Assembly: GCF_963921235.1 (NCBI RefSeq)
Contig: NC_086097.1
Location: 178,932,001 to 178,996,000, forward strand
DNA: 64,000 nt
Source of the DNA: Mobula hypostoma
Lineage: Eukaryota
Direction: 5' to 3'
Shown here: in pieces, positions 12,961 to 26,549 of the stretch
Layout: each line of letters begins with the position of its first letter
How positions within the stretch are numbered: the stretch's first letter is position 1
Program-made: the position numbers and the translations under genes
Notes under the pieces: generated by a model
What the model saw: the letters and a program-made list of their open reading frames with translations, nothing else
Database searches by the model: none
What the model was told of the DNA's origin: nothing

Positions 12961-13289
12961 TTCAAAGTGATAGCTGCAATCACCCGGTATATATGTAGAC
13001 CACCTTGCACCTTCTTTAACTCCCTTCCAGAGCTGTCTTAGTGTGGTGCTAACTGCAGACAACTGGATATGTACTTCTGCAAATGAGTGGACCCCTGACC
13101 TTTCCAGTGTTCAGACATTGTCTCAGTTGCAGAGATATTAATGTCATTTCACGCCCGACTGGTTTCGTTTGTTCAGGCTGCTGTGGGCTGCGACTGCCTC
13201 CATGCAACAGCACAGTGTGATGCGTCTCAATGTTAATTTCCGTGGACCAGCAGAAACCAGAGATTAGGGCAGTGTTAGCTGTAACAGGA

Positions 13290-13445
13290 TGGATCATGCT
13301 CCTGTCTCCAAGTCACCAGATGTGGCATCAGATTCCACACCAGAAGTCTGAGCCCAGGATTCAGGATGGCTCTCCCATGCAGTACAGGGTGGGGCGTGGT
13401 GGGGAGAGCTCCCTTGTCTTGGGGATGAGTTAAACCAGGGAGCTC
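13290..13445 (+). mobile_element. Degraded Deu-domain SINE relic
   Basis: Resembles the recalled Deu-SINE core (..CCAG..TCTGAGCCCA..TGCAGTAC..GTCTT..GGATGAG.TTAAACCAGG). Confidence 0.45.
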
Positions 13446-13454
13446 TCAGCTCGC

Positions 13455-13700
13455 ACGTGGTGCAGTGGGCAGATCCACTGCCTCACAACTCCAGAAATAC
13501 TCTCTGTGTGGAGTTTGAATGCTCCCCCTGTGACTGTGTGCGTTTTCCCCGGGTGCTGCAGTTTACTCCCACATCCCAAAGGTGGGTGGGTCGTGGGATA
13601 ATCAGCTGCTGAAAGTTGCCCCTGGTGTGTGGGTGAGGGGTGGAAATTAAGGGGAGTTGATGGGAATGTGGGAAGGATGAAATGGGATTGGTGCAAATGG
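13455..13700 (+). mobile_element. V-domain tRNA-derived SINE (HE1-like)
   Basis: TCTGTGTGGAGTTTG..TCCCCCTGTGACTGTGTGCGTTTTCCCCGGGTGCTGCAGTTTACTCCCACATCCCAAAG core. Confidence 0.8.
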
Positions 13701-14409
13701 GCCTGTTAGAGTTCAGTATGATACAATATTCCCAATACACACAACTGAATACCTGTGCCAAACAACTACTAAGTCTCTTATGCCTGAACATGGTCCACAT
13801 TCTTCCATTCCCTGCACATTCCTGTATCTAACAGCCTCTTAAATATCATTATTGTACCTGTCCCATCGCCACCACTGACAGCCCTTCAAAGGCATCCAGC
13901 CCTGTCTGTGTAAAAAAAGAAAATCCTGCCCATCTCAATTGAACTTTCTCCCTCTCACTTGACATTTATGCCCCCTTCCATTCTTGGAAAAAGATTCTGA
14001 CTGTCCAGCCTATCTATGCCTTTCATAATTTTAGAACCTCTATCAGGTCTCCCTTTAGTCTCCGAAGCTCCGGAGAAAACAATCTAGGTTTTTCCAACCT
14101 CTCCATATAGCACATACCCTCTAATCCAGGCAGCATCTTCTGCATCCTCTATAAAGCCTCCACTTCCTTCCTATAATGGAGTAACCAGAACTGCACACAG
14201 TTTCGAATGAGTCCCAGGAAGTTCTGTTCAGTACATTGACTGGACATGAGAGAGAGAGCAGAGATGCTTCACCACGACTTTTGTATGATCAAAGGTTATG
14301 CAGACTGGGATGATATTCTTTAGAAGAATGAGAGGTGAAGTTATTGAGATGCCCAAAATGTGGGTAGATTAGGAGAAACGCTTTCCCTGAAGAACCATCT
14401 CAGAATAAT

Positions 14410-14985
14410 AGTAAACATCACCAGTAGACGCCAGAGCCAAGAAAGCACACCCGTCCCTCTGATTCCTCAGGAGGCTAAACTAATTTGGCATGTCACCGTT
14501 GGCCCTCACCAATCTTTACTGATGCACTGTAGAAAGCATCCTGAGCAAATGCATTTCGCTTGGTATGGTAGAAGCTCAACAGGTGACCGCAAGAAGCTAC
14601 ATAGAGTTGTAGACACTGCTCAACAAATTACAAAAAGCAACTTCCCCTCCATGGACTCCATTCATACTTCTCACTAGCTTGGTCAAGCAGCCAGCATAAT
14701 CAAAGAACATATCCACCCCACACATCCTCTCTTCCCACCCTTCCCACCAGGCAAAAGATACAAAAGGTTGAAAGCACATACCTCCAGGCTCAAGGAAAGC
14801 TTCTACCACACTGTAAATAGACTTAGAATGGTTCCTTAGTATGATAAGGTGGGCTCTTGGCCTCACGATCTATCTCATTATCTTGCACCTTTTACAGTGC
14901 AACTGTAACACTTTATTCAGCATTCTATTATTGTTTAACCTTGTACCACATCATTGCACTGTGTCATGAATTGGTCCAGATGATT
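14410..14985 (+). mobile_element. Rex1/Babar-like LINE 3' fragment
   Basis: AWYG..DRKKLHRVVDTAQQIT..PSMDSI motifs; the UTR runs into the 52-bp array. Confidence 0.75.
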
Positions 14986-15445
14986 AGTGTGCAAGACAAG
15001 AGTTTCAGTGTATTGGAATGGGTACATCTGTATGGTCAGTGTGCAAGACAAGTGTTTCAGTGTATTGGAATGGGTACATCTGTATGGTCAGTGTGCAAGA
15101 CAAGTGTTTCAGTGTATTGGAGGTGGTATATCTGTATGGTCAGTGTGCAAGACAAGCGTTTCAGTGTATTGGAGTGGGTATATCTGTATGGTCAGTGTGC
15201 GAGACAAGTGTTTCTGTGTATTGGAGTGGACATATCTGTATGGTCAGTGTGCAAGACAAGTGTTTCAGTGTATTGGAGGTGGTATATCTGTATGGTCAGT
15301 GTGCAAGACAAGCGTTTCAGTGTATTGGAGTGGGTACATCTGTATGGTCAGTGTGCAAGACAAGTGTTTCAGTGTATTGGAGGTGGTATATCTGTATGGT
15401 CAGTGTGCGAGACAAGTGTTTCAGTGTATTGGAGTGGGTACATGT
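14985..15445. repeat. 52-bp minisatellite, ~9 copies
   Basis: Unit CAGTGTGCAAGACAAGTGTTTCAGTGTATTGGAGTGGGTACATCTGTATGGT; GTGCAAGAC recurs at 14989, 15041, 15093... Confidence 0.95.
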
Positions 15446-18045
15446 AAAAATAATAAGCCAATTCCAAGTCCAGTGGAAACCTCTTTATCTGGAGCATGGA
15501 AAACCTTTGGAATTCTCTACCCAAGGGCACTGTGTTGACTATATGAAGGACAGGGGGGTTAGTTTCATAGGTGGCAGTCTGCAGTAGAGTGGTGCTGAGG
15601 TAGATGATCAGCCAGAACACCAGCATGGGTGTATTCACTCGTAGAGTTGGACTGTCTGCATTCCTGTGCTGCTGGGCTGTACGTCCACAGCACACCGCTG
15701 GTTAATTACACTTGATTTGAAAACCCCCACTCAGTGCAATCCAGGTTTTAGCAGCAACTATTGATGTACAGCTAGAATCTTCAGCCCTTGTTTGACAGTT
15801 TGGCCTGAGGCCGACTCTGACAGGGAGCAGTTCGCTGGATTCCATGTAGTATATCATGGGCAAATTATGGTGACATTGATTTGGGGTATACAGCAGCTGT
15901 CTTGCCACATCAGTGTTTGTGCTGGACCTCTGTAGGAGTGCTAAGTTGTAAAAGCCGGGATCTCTTTTGGAACCTATGGAACGTCTACATGCAGCGAATA
16001 CTCCTGGCCTGGCTTTGTATGTAGCTCCTACCAACCCCACACTCCCTCATGTCAGAGAGTCGTAGAGTTATACAACACAGAAACTGTACTTTCAGCCCAA
16101 CTGTCCATGCTAACCAAGTGCAGCATTCAAAGATATGATGATCTCTTAACCTCACAATACTCTTCATTATGATCTTGCACCTTGTTGCCTAACTGCACTG
16201 CACTTTCTCTGTAGTTGTTACACTTTATTCTGCATTCTGTTACCTTGTACTACTACAATTCACTGGTAACAATTTGATCTGCATGAACATAATCATAATC
16301 AGGTTGACTGTCACGGACCTACTGTATTCTATGAAACTGTTGTTTGGTAGATGCAGTACATTGCAAGACATAAAACGTTACTATGTTACAATGAAAATAA
16401 ATGGTACAAAAGAGTAATAATGAAGCAGTGTTCATGGGTTTATGGACCATTCAGAAATGGGACAGCAGAGCGGACAAAGCTGTTCCTAGAACATTGAGTC
16501 TTCAGGCTCCTTTACTTCCTCCCAATTTACTTGCCAGAGTTTGCCCCACATCTCACTAAACCTTTGCTATCCATGAACTTGTCCTTCTCTCCCAATCCCC
16601 CATACTGTGTCCCGGTCTCTCTGCTTGTCCTCACAAGTCAGAATTCCTTAAAGACCGGCTATGTGTGTTGCTTGTATCTGTGTGAACAATTCAGACAAGA
16701 ATGTAATTGGGAACATAGTCAGCTAATCTATGACTCCATAAGAGACGGGACATCACCACTGCTTTGTAAAATATTGGTCAGCACATGGAATATTGGTGGA
16801 GTTGTGGTCACTTGAAGGAAAGTTTACTCAGTAACGTTGCCAAGATAGTTAGCAACATCTTCTCAGTTACAGAATGTTCACCCTTGATTATGAATACCAT
16901 CACCCCTCCTCTCCCCCACTCTTGCTTTTCCCCAGCTCTGTAATCTAATCCATACAAATCTGTGAGATGTCCACTCTCCTCAAATTCTGCCAAGTGTCAT
17001 GGAGTCATTTAGCATGGAAATAGGCCCTTCGACCAAACTTGTCCTTGACAGCCAACCTGTCTATCCAAGCTAGTCCAATTTCCCTGTATTTGGCCAATGT
17101 CCCTCTAAACCTTTCCTATCCATGTTACGTTAATAAATCTTGTTATTGTGCTCATCTCCACAACTTCGCTTGGCAGCTCGTACCATAGACCTCTGTGAAA
17201 CGATTGTGTCTCAGGTCCCTTTTAAATCTTTCCCATCTAACCTACGGTTTATAATTTTGGACTCCCATACTCTGGAGCAAAGACTGCAACTATCCATGCG
17301 ATTTACGCCCCACATGATTTCATATACCTCTATAAGGAAAAAGAAAATCCCAGCCGAACCAGTCTCTCGTTATAACTCAAGACCACCAGCTCCACTAATG
17401 TCCTTGTGAATCTTTCCTGTACCCCTTTCCAACTTAAAGCTGCTAGAGGAAGTGGTTAAGTACAATAGGATTGTTTAAGAAGCATTTGGATAGGTACATG
17501 GAGAGGTGGTGCTTGGGGTGAATGCAGGAAATTGGGACTAGCTGGGAGTGAGCTGTGGTCAGCATAGACTAACTGGGCCAAAGGGCCTCTATCAGTGCTG
17601 TATTGTTCTGTGACTCCATAAACCCTTTTCTTCATGACAATGAAGCTTAAAGTTTACCTCTCTGGTCTTTGAGACCTGCTTCTGTGGCTTGGTATTGGCT
17701 GGTTGATCTGTATTTGTTAATGCCCGTCCAGGAATTATGGGAATTTCAGTCCCTGACAGGTGCTGTCTAAATGTACCTTCTTGTTGATAGGTGACCAGTC
17801 AGTGTAAAGGAAATACACTCCTAATCTCACTGTGTAAATGGAGTTTCAAGTCTCTGACTGAGCAGCAAGTTAATGAGAAATGCAGTGAATCAAATTGGGA
17901 CGTAGCTGTCCAGGAGAACTCCTGCTGGCCACCATTTTGTCCCTCTCGATCTAGTCTGTTATGCCTGCTCCATGCCGATCTCTTCCCACTCCAGTCACAC
18001 CCATCTCCCCACAATTTCATAAGCAGTGCACCTCAATCCCTCCTC

Positions 18046-18310
18046 GTGGGAGTGAGCTGCACATTTCCACCTCTCCCTGTGGGAGTGAGTTCCACATTCC
18101 CAATTTCCCTGTGGAAATGAGCTCCACATTCCTACCTCTCCCCATGGGAGTGAACTCCACATGTCCACCTCTTCCTGTGGGAGTGAGCTCCACATTTCCA
18201 CCTCTCTCTGTCAGAGTGAGCTCCACATTCCCAGCCCTCCCTGTGCGAGTGAGATCCGTGTTCCTGCCTTTCCCTGTCAAAGATAGCTCCACATTCCCAC
18301 CCATCCCTGA
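18046..18310 (+). repeat. 33-bp minisatellite, ~8 degenerate copies
   Basis: Unit GTGGGAGTGAGCTCCACATTCCCACCTCTCCCT. Confidence 0.9.
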
Positions 18311-19949
18311 GGAAAATATTTCCCCAGTGAACTCACTAATGACTATAGCAGAATTCCTTCAACCCAGAAGGCTTCATTATTATCTTCAAGAACTTCTTGT
18401 ACAGGAAATCCCCTTGGAAATCCTTGTGGAAATCCCATTTCTTGGACTGAAGAAAAGAACAAATTTCCCTAATTTCTTCCTTTAAGTTGGGAAAGCTGGG
18501 TTATTACAATTTGTAAACAATTCAAAGTGAATCCTGATAATGATAAAATGGGCAAAGCAACAACCTGTCTCCATTTAGCACCACTTATAATAGCAAAGGA
18601 TCCATGTTGTTGTCAGCAGGGCTAAGAAAGCAAAACAGTAGAGCATAGGAACAGGCCCCTCGGCCCACACTGCTGTGCCAAACTGATTAAACTGAGAATG
18701 CCACATTAAACCAGTCCCTTCTGCCTGTCCAAGAGCCTCTTAAACACCTCCACCAGTCTGACAGCACACACCCCTCTGGCTAAAAAAACTTGCCCCACAC
18801 TTCTCCTTTGAGCTCACCCCTTCTCTGTTAAACGTACATGCTCCAGTATTAGACCCCATAGACTCGCTGTCTATGCCTCTCATGACTTTATAAACTTAGA
18901 GCAGTTTATCCCTCAGCCTGTGAGAAAGAAATGTGGAGCTGACAGTGGAAGTGTGGAATCTGACCCACTCAGTTTCTCCGACACTCTATATGTGTTCATC
19001 CAGATGTCCAGTATCTGCAGACTCTGTGGAACTTACTGTGACGTTATTAGTCAAGGTGATGCTTGGCAGCTGATAAATAGTCAGTTAGAATTTTCCTCCT
19101 TACTGATCAGCACCATTTTCTAATGTGGAAGAAACAAGAGAATAGGATAATAGATGTCGTGTGGACACAAGCTGTTCAGCTACCGGCTTCATGCCAATTA
19201 TCAACCTCCCATTTACATTTATCCTACACTAATTCAATTTAGATGATTAGTTTTGTGTTCATATGTACATTGAAATATTGAAACCTACTGTGAAATGTAT
19301 CATTTGCATCAAATCAAAGCGGTGAGGATGGTGCTGGGCAGCCTGCAAGAGTCCTCCTGCTTCCAGCACCAGCTTAGCATGTCCACAATGCATGAACCTT
19401 AACCAAATCTTTGGAATGTAGGAGGAAATGGGAGCACCCAAAGGACTCCTGCGCGGTCCCGGGGAGAACTGAACCCGGGTCACCAGCGTTGTAACAGCCT
19501 TACACTAATCACAGTACCACCCGCTATACTCCCACATTCCCAGCAACTCCTCCAAGATTCTACCACTCAGCCACTTTATCGTTTCCAGTTGACCTGCCAA
19601 CCCACACGTCTGGGATGTGGGAGGAAACGGGAGCACGCAAGGAAACCCGTGCAGCGAGAGCGAGAAGGTGCGGTCTCCAGCTGAGGTCAGGGTTGAAGCC
19701 AGGTGTATGAAGCTGTCAGGCAGTGCCCCATACCAGCTGTGTCACCTGGGCTGCCTTTGCAGGGCTAGAGGAGGTTAGGAGAGGGATGGTTGAGGCCAGG
19801 GTGGGAATTGGAATTAATGGTGAAGATTTTAAGGAAATGTTTGTTAAACTGCAAATCAAGGAAGGGCAGCAGAGCCAGGAGGATTGGTGCATTGATGTCG
19901 CATTCCCGTAGCCCGGTTATGCACAGCATAGACCAGCATGGAGGGTGTG

Positions 19950-20790
19950 AAGTTGGTGTAGAATGGCCAATGAAGAAGGTTATCTAAGATTACAGTGAGA
20001 CTGAACGAGTGGACCAGAAAAGGCGGATGGAGTTTAATTCTGATAAATGAGAGGTGTTGCACTTCAGTAAAGCAAACCAAGGCAGGGCTTACACTGTAAA
20101 TACGAGGGTCTAGGTGAGCATTGTGGAACAGAGAGACCTACAGGTCCAGGTACGTAGTTTCTTTGAAGTGGAGACACAGGTAGGCAGGGTTGTGAAGAAG
20201 GTGTTTGGCACACTGGCCTTCAATGGTTAGGATATGAAGTACAGGAGTTGGAATGTCATGTTACAGCTGTACAAACATTGGTAAGACTGTCTTTGGAGAA
20301 TTCATCCAGTTCTGGTTACTATGCTATAACCAGGATGCCATCAAACTGGAAAGGGTGCAAAAAAAGATTTACAAGTACATAACTGGAACTAGATTCCTCA
20401 AAGTATAAGGAAAGTCCAAATAGGTTAGACCTTTACTCCTAGAGAGTGAAGGGTGACCTTATAGATGTTTATAAAATCATGAGGAGCATAGATAAGTTGA
20501 ATGGTCACCATCTCATCCCCCAGGGTAGAGGAGTCCAAAACCAGGGGGCACAGGTTTAAAGCATGAGGCAGAATATTTAAAGAGGACCAAAGGGACAATT
20601 TTTTCACACAGAGGATAATTAGTATAGGGATCAAGCTGCCAGGATAAGTGGCTGAGGCAGGTACAGTTTGGCCAGGTACATGGATAGAAGAAAGATTTAG
20701 ACGGGCATGGATCACATGCAAGCAAGTGGGACTGACACAGGAAACAGCTTGGTTGGGTTGAAGGGCCTGTTTTCCATGCTACGGAGATCC
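19950..20790 (+). mobile_element. CR1 LINE 3' fragment
   Basis: Degenerate RT C-terminus (MEFNSDK.EVLHF, RVVKKVFGTLAF, GDLIDVYKIMR) plus 3'UTR. Confidence 0.85.
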
Positions 20791-21844
20791 ATGACTCTAT
20801 GATTCCTCAGTCAGGAGGTGACAGAGGCATGGAATGGGGGTCAGCCAATGGCCCTGTGCTGTCCACCATCGCCAAGGACGTGCTCTGTTATGAACTTTAA
20901 AAGTTCCAGATTTAAAAGTAAATAAATAATGATTGCAATGGCTACAGTGCAAGTTTAACAGAAACATACTGCTCATGAATAAGTTAATTTAATCAAAAAA
21001 TAGTTCTGTCCCTGGTGGGATGAGATGGGGAACAATCACTGAAGAGAGAACAATGGCAGTGTGAATGTGCAGCACAACAGGGGAGCTGGTCACGCAGCTA
21101 CCCCAGAGGAAGCCACAGTAATGCCGTTATTTAATCAGCCCTCAGACATTCTCCGCATAATCGAGAACCTGCAGTGTCGCTTTCCAAAAAAAAATACAAA
21201 GATCTGCAGAATGGAGGAAGGCAGTGTGAAATTCATTGCATGAACCCTCACCACAGAACGGCAAACTGCACAGGCTTGAAGGGGGGTTAGTGTTGGTCCT
21301 CTGCCCCATCCTGGCTTGGCCTATCCAACTAACACCCAAATATAGGAGCAGGATTTGACCATCTGTCCAAAAAGCCTTTTCTGCCCTTTGGTGGAATTAT
21401 GGCTGATCTGAACTTGGCCCCAGCTCCAATTTGCTGCCCTTTCTCCACAATCCCAAGTTTGCAAAGGTCTTGAGACATGGAGGTCCATTTCCTTCACCCT
21501 TCCTTCTGGCTCTGTCCACCATCTCCACCTCCTGGATCCCCTCCCCACATCTGGTTCCATCTGCCATACACCTCTCCCCTGATGGTTCCCATCACCTCCC
21601 TTACTTACTGGATTACCACACCAGTAGCCCCTTGTATTCCTGCTTATCCCCCTCCTAGTTGTCTCCAACGTTCACCCTCCCAGCCCTCTCCTGTCTCCTT
21701 CTGAATTTCATTCCGCTTCCCGTCTATCATCCAGCTGCCTCTTGTGCCCCCAGCTACACCCCTCCACCTCCTCTTCCTGACTCCATCTGCTCGTCATTCG
21801 TAACCCATCCTGGGTCCACCAGTCACCCTGGACGCCAGTCTCGT

Positions 21845-22170
21845 GGGTGGCACGGTACCGTAGTGGCTAGCCTAATGCATTACAGCACCAGCAATCAGAA
21901 GATCAAGGTTCAGTTCCTGCCACTGTCTGTAGGGAGTGTATATATTCTCACTGGGACCGTGTGGGCTTCCTCGGTCCTTGGGGTGCTCTGGTTTTCTCTC
22001 ACAGTCTGAAAGACATACTGGTTCATGTTGTGGGCATGATATTTTGGTGCTAGGAGCATGGCAGCACTTTTACAGGCTGCCCATTCTCGGACTGTGTTGG
22101 TCGTTGACACAAATGACGCATTTCACTGTATGATTCGATATTTCAATATACACGTGACAAATAAAACTAG
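21845..22170 (+). mobile_element. V-domain tRNA-derived SINE
   Basis: tRNA-like head GGTGGCACGGTA..GGTTCAGTTCC, V core and GTGACAAATAAA tail; relatives near 8700-8950(-), 19250-19720(-), 26160-26450, 29980-30260, 56230-56540, 59390-59680 and 63600-63880(-). Confidence 0.8.
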
Positions 22171-24399
22171 GCTTACCCTGTCTTATCACCCCTGCCTTTT
22201 CCTCTTAATACTGTCCATCTCTCCTCTCCACTACAAATCTTCTCTCCATCGATGATGCTCAACCTGCTGAGTTCCTACAGCTGCTCTAGGTCACAATCTG
22301 ACCATCCCAGTTTTAGATATATTCATTGACAGAGGGGTTTCTTCAGGTAGAGAATTTCATCATCTGGTGAGAAATGATATTTCTCATCTCCATTTTAACT
22401 GGGCAGTCCCTTTCTTGAGATTTTGTCCTCCATACCCACTAGCAGGAACATCCTCTCAATGCTTACCCTGTCACAAAATGCTAGAGGAACTCAGCAACTT
22501 AAGCAGCATCTATGGAGGGGTGTAGCCAATAAACATTTCGGGCTGAGACCCTTCATCAGGACTGGAAAGGAAGGGGACAGTAGCAAGAATAGGAAGATGG
22601 GGGAAGTGGAAAGAGTCCAAGCTGGCAGATGGTAAGTGAGACCAAGTGAGGTGGGGGTGTGGGTGGGTTGGTCAAGTGTCCTGTCATATCAGATTCCTCC
22701 TTCTTCAGTCCTTTACCTCTTTCACCTCTCACCTCTCCCCACCCAACCCAACCACTTTCCCTCTCAAGCACCATTCTCTGCATAAAAGCCTTGGCCCCCA
22801 CACATTCTCTTTAAATATGCCCCCTCTCATCTTAAATGCATGCCCTCTTGCTGTTGACATTTCTACCCTGATAAAAGGATTCTGTCTATCTACCCTATCC
22901 GTGCCTGCTATAATTTTATAATTTTATAAATGTCTATCAGGTCTCCGATTAGCCTTCGACGCTCCAGGAAAAGATGACCCAAATTTGTCCAACTTGTTCT
23001 TACAGCTAATACTCTATAATCCAGGCCACATTCACATCAGGGTACAGATAAACCTCTTCTGTGCCCTCTCCAAAGCCACCATATCCTTCTCGCAGTGGAG
23101 CTACCAGAATTGAATGCAAACTCCAAGTGCAACCTGACCAAAGTTTTAAACAGCTTCAACATGTCTTCCTGAGGCCTACAATTCTGTACTTTTATACTCC
23201 AACCCCGTAGAACAAATGGCAATTCTTCTTTGTTACCTGGTGTTAACCAGCTCTTACACTTTTCCAAAAGCCCTGTGAATGTCTTTTTTGGAAATATTTC
23301 TCTTTCAAATGTCCTTCAACAAAAGACTTCAAGAATCTAGATTGGGTCAAGGGGCCTGTTTCCATGCAGTATAATTCTCACCTAATTATCCTTAAACTAA
23401 AGAAAGATTAGGTTATATTCACTGAAGTTTGGCAGATTCTATCAAACTCACCCACAAGATACATAGACCATAATATGTAAAAGCAGGTGAAGCCATTCAG
23501 CCCACTGAGTACATCATAAACACAAGAGATTCTGCAGATGCTCCAGATCTTGAGCAACACACACAAAATTCTGGAGGAACTCAGCAAACAGGCAGCATTG
23601 ATGGAGGTGAATAGATTGTCAATGTTTCAGGCTGAGACGCTTCGTCAAATTGTAAGAATGCCGCACTTTTCAACAGCTTTGCTGTTCTGGTGAAGCATAA
23701 AGGAAGAATGAAATATTTCCCGATAACGTGTAAACTCTTGATCTTTCACACAGACAGTGGAGCTGACGGAATCCCAGAGTTCCTGCCTGTGACCCACGTC
23801 TATTCAATGCTGCTGCAGGCATGGAGTCTTCCCCTTCAGCTCATTAAGTTCCCAAAAAGAATGTGTATTAAAATATCGCCACATAATGAGACCCACACAA
23901 AAGGAATGTGTGACTATTTTTGATAAGTGTGGGCCAGATCAAAAATCGGCAGTAGGGACATTTCTCTGGTGGGCTTAGTCTCCGGCCCAGAGCACTGAAT
24001 GTTATTATTGCAGTGTACAGCGGCTGGGGGGATCTGTGCAGCTGAGAATTGAACACTCTTCCTAACTAACCCAGTAAATGAGCCAAGTTTAATTAGGGGG
24101 AATTAGAATTGAAAATGATATTTCCCCTGCCCACGACTGATGCTTTAAGGCAGGAGATTGTTTCCAGCACCGTAACCATGGGAAGATAGGAACTGTGTAG
24201 GCCTTTCAGCCCATTGAACTTGTTCTGCTAGGCTGATCGGTGACTGTTTGTCTGTCTTTTCCTTCTGCATATATTGGGTTACCCTGATCTTGGTTTAAAA
24301 ATGATCAGTTGAGCAAGTTTCCAGGTACTGTTAGGCAATGAGAATCCCAGTGTCCCCATCTCCATAACACTCTTCCAGGGTTTGCCTTCGCTAGCAGAA

Positions 24400-24700
24400 A
24401 TAACTTCTCTCTTTTCCTCTCTCTCTCACTCTATCATGTTGTTCCTCTCTATAAATATCTCTCTCTCTGCCTCTGTCATCATCTCTCTCTCTTTCTCTAC
24501 CTTCCTATCTCTCTCTCCCTTCCTCTCTCTATCTCGCTCCCTCTCTCCCCTGCCTCTTTCTCTCCAACTCCCTATTTCTCTCTCTCTCTCTCTCTCTCTC
24601 TTTTTCCCTACCTCCTCCTCCCTCTCACCATCTCTCCCTCTTCTCCTCACCACCATCTCCCCCTAACTCTCCATTTCTCTAACACTCTCCATTACCCTGG
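24400..24700. repeat. CT-rich low-complexity / (CT)n
   Basis: Pyrimidine tract with (CT)n. Confidence 0.9.
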
Positions 24701-25727
24701 GTCTCAGATCTCCAAGTTTACTGTTAGGTGTGCACAAGTACATGAAGTACAGGTGCACTGAAACACTTAACTGCAGCAACACGTAGGTCTTCGTCAGTCA
24801 CGGCACCGAGTTTAGGAGGACGGATATTATGTTGTAGTTATATAAACCAAGGGTGAGACCGCATTTGGAGTATTGTGTACAGTTTTGCTCACCTGTTATA
24901 GAAAGAAATTGAAGAGCTCGCGAGGGTCAGAAGAGAATTATGAGGATGCTACCTGGACTAAGAGTGCCTGAGAGGTTGGCCATGCTGGATCTTTAACCCT
25001 TGGAGTGCAGGACATTGAAAGGTGACCCCATAAGAAGTTTATAAAATCATATAAAGTCCTAATGAAGGACCTTGGCCTGAAATAACGAGTGCTTATTCCC
25101 CTCCATTGATGGTGCCTGACTTGATCAATTCCTCCAGCCAATTCTAATCTTTTCCCCAGGGTTGGGGAATCCAAAACTGGAGGCCACAGAGAAGGGAGTG
25201 ATTTAAAAGAGACCTGAGAGGGAACTTCTTTACACAGAAGGTAGGGAATACCTGGAATGAGCTGCCAGAGGAAGTGATCAAAGCGGGTACACTTGCAACA
25301 TTTAAGAGGTACATGGAGGGAGGGGTGTGGAGGGTTATGGCCGAATGTGGAGTAAGTAGGGGGAATGGTGAGATCGGCGTGGACCCATTGCGCCAAAGGG
25401 CCTGTTTCCGTTGAGCATTACTCTGTGACCCTATCTTACTCTTCACACGTTAGCTTGGTAGAAGCAGATACGTTAGAGACATTTACAAGACTCATAGCTA
25501 GGATAATGGATGTAAGAAAAATGAAGGACTGTGGGAGGGAAGGGTTAGATTGATTTTAGAGTTGGTTAAAAAGTCATCAGAACAGCATCGCAGGCCCTTT
25601 ACTGTGCTGTACTGTTCTATGGTTTGTGTTCCACGTTCTATCTTCACCCCAGTTTTCCATATAACCAAACAAAAGGGAGAGCTTACAGCATCAAGGTACC
25701 TGCACATCTTTGGGCTGTGGGAGGATA

Positions 25728-25856
25728 CCAGACCAGCGTTACTACACGATGAGAGATACTACATAAAAAACCAGACTAGCGTTACTACATGATGAGAGAT
25801 ACTACACAAAAAAAAACAAACCAGCGTTACTGCACAATGAGAGATACTACACAAAG
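25728..25856 (+). repeat. ~44-bp tandem triplication with oligo-A spacers
   Basis: CCAGCGTTACTACACGATGAGAGATACTACA(T/C)AAAA x3. Confidence 0.9.
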
Positions 25857-26549
25857 ATTAGCCCATCAGCCACCCATTTACACTGACCCTACATTAACCC
25901 CAGTTTATTCTCCCCACACTCCCAGTAACCACTCTCCCCCAGATTCTACCCTTTACCCACCCACTAGGGGTAATTTACAGCCGTCAAATAACCAGTACCC
26001 CAACAAATGTAGGGTGAAAGGGGAAATCAGAACACCCCACGCAGGCAATACCCATGCAGTCACAGAACAACATACACAAAGCACTGGTGGAACTCAGCAG
26101 GGGAGGCAGCATCTATGGAAGGATAGTTCGGGCCGAATCCCTTCATCAGGAAGGGCGTGAGGTCATGGTATCATAGCGGTAAAGGGCAGCGAAATGGCCA
26201 AGCAGTTAGAGCACCACTTTACAGTGCCAATGATTGCAGATCCAGGATTAGTTCCCAATGCAGCCTGTAAGCAGTTTTATGTTCTCCCTTTGACTGTGTG
26301 CGTTTCCTCCATATACTCCTGTTTCCGTCCACATTCCAAAGACGTAAGGTTAGGTTTAGTGAATTATGGGCATGCTATGTGGCCTCTAGATGCATTTTAT
26401 TGTAAGTTTCGATGGTTTGGATATAAACGTGACAAATAAAGCTGATCTTTTGGTTTTTATCACAGGGAGGATATAAACTAGATACACAGATTGAACCTGG
26501 GTCTCTGGAGTGGTGAGGCACCACTCCATCTCATTACTTGTCTTATTCC

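Noticed and set aside
14857-15587. Three overlapping Cys/Val-rich ORFs; CRISPR-like periodicity
   Set aside because: This is a head-to-tail 52-bp tandem repeat with no unique spacers and no cas genes, in a vertebrate context
17961-18485. Pro-rich repeat ORF (also 38271-38867)
   Set aside because: A translation of the 33-bp minisatellite
21845-21925. tRNA gene
   Set aside because: This is the degenerate tRNA-derived head of a V-SINE and does not form a complete cloverleaf
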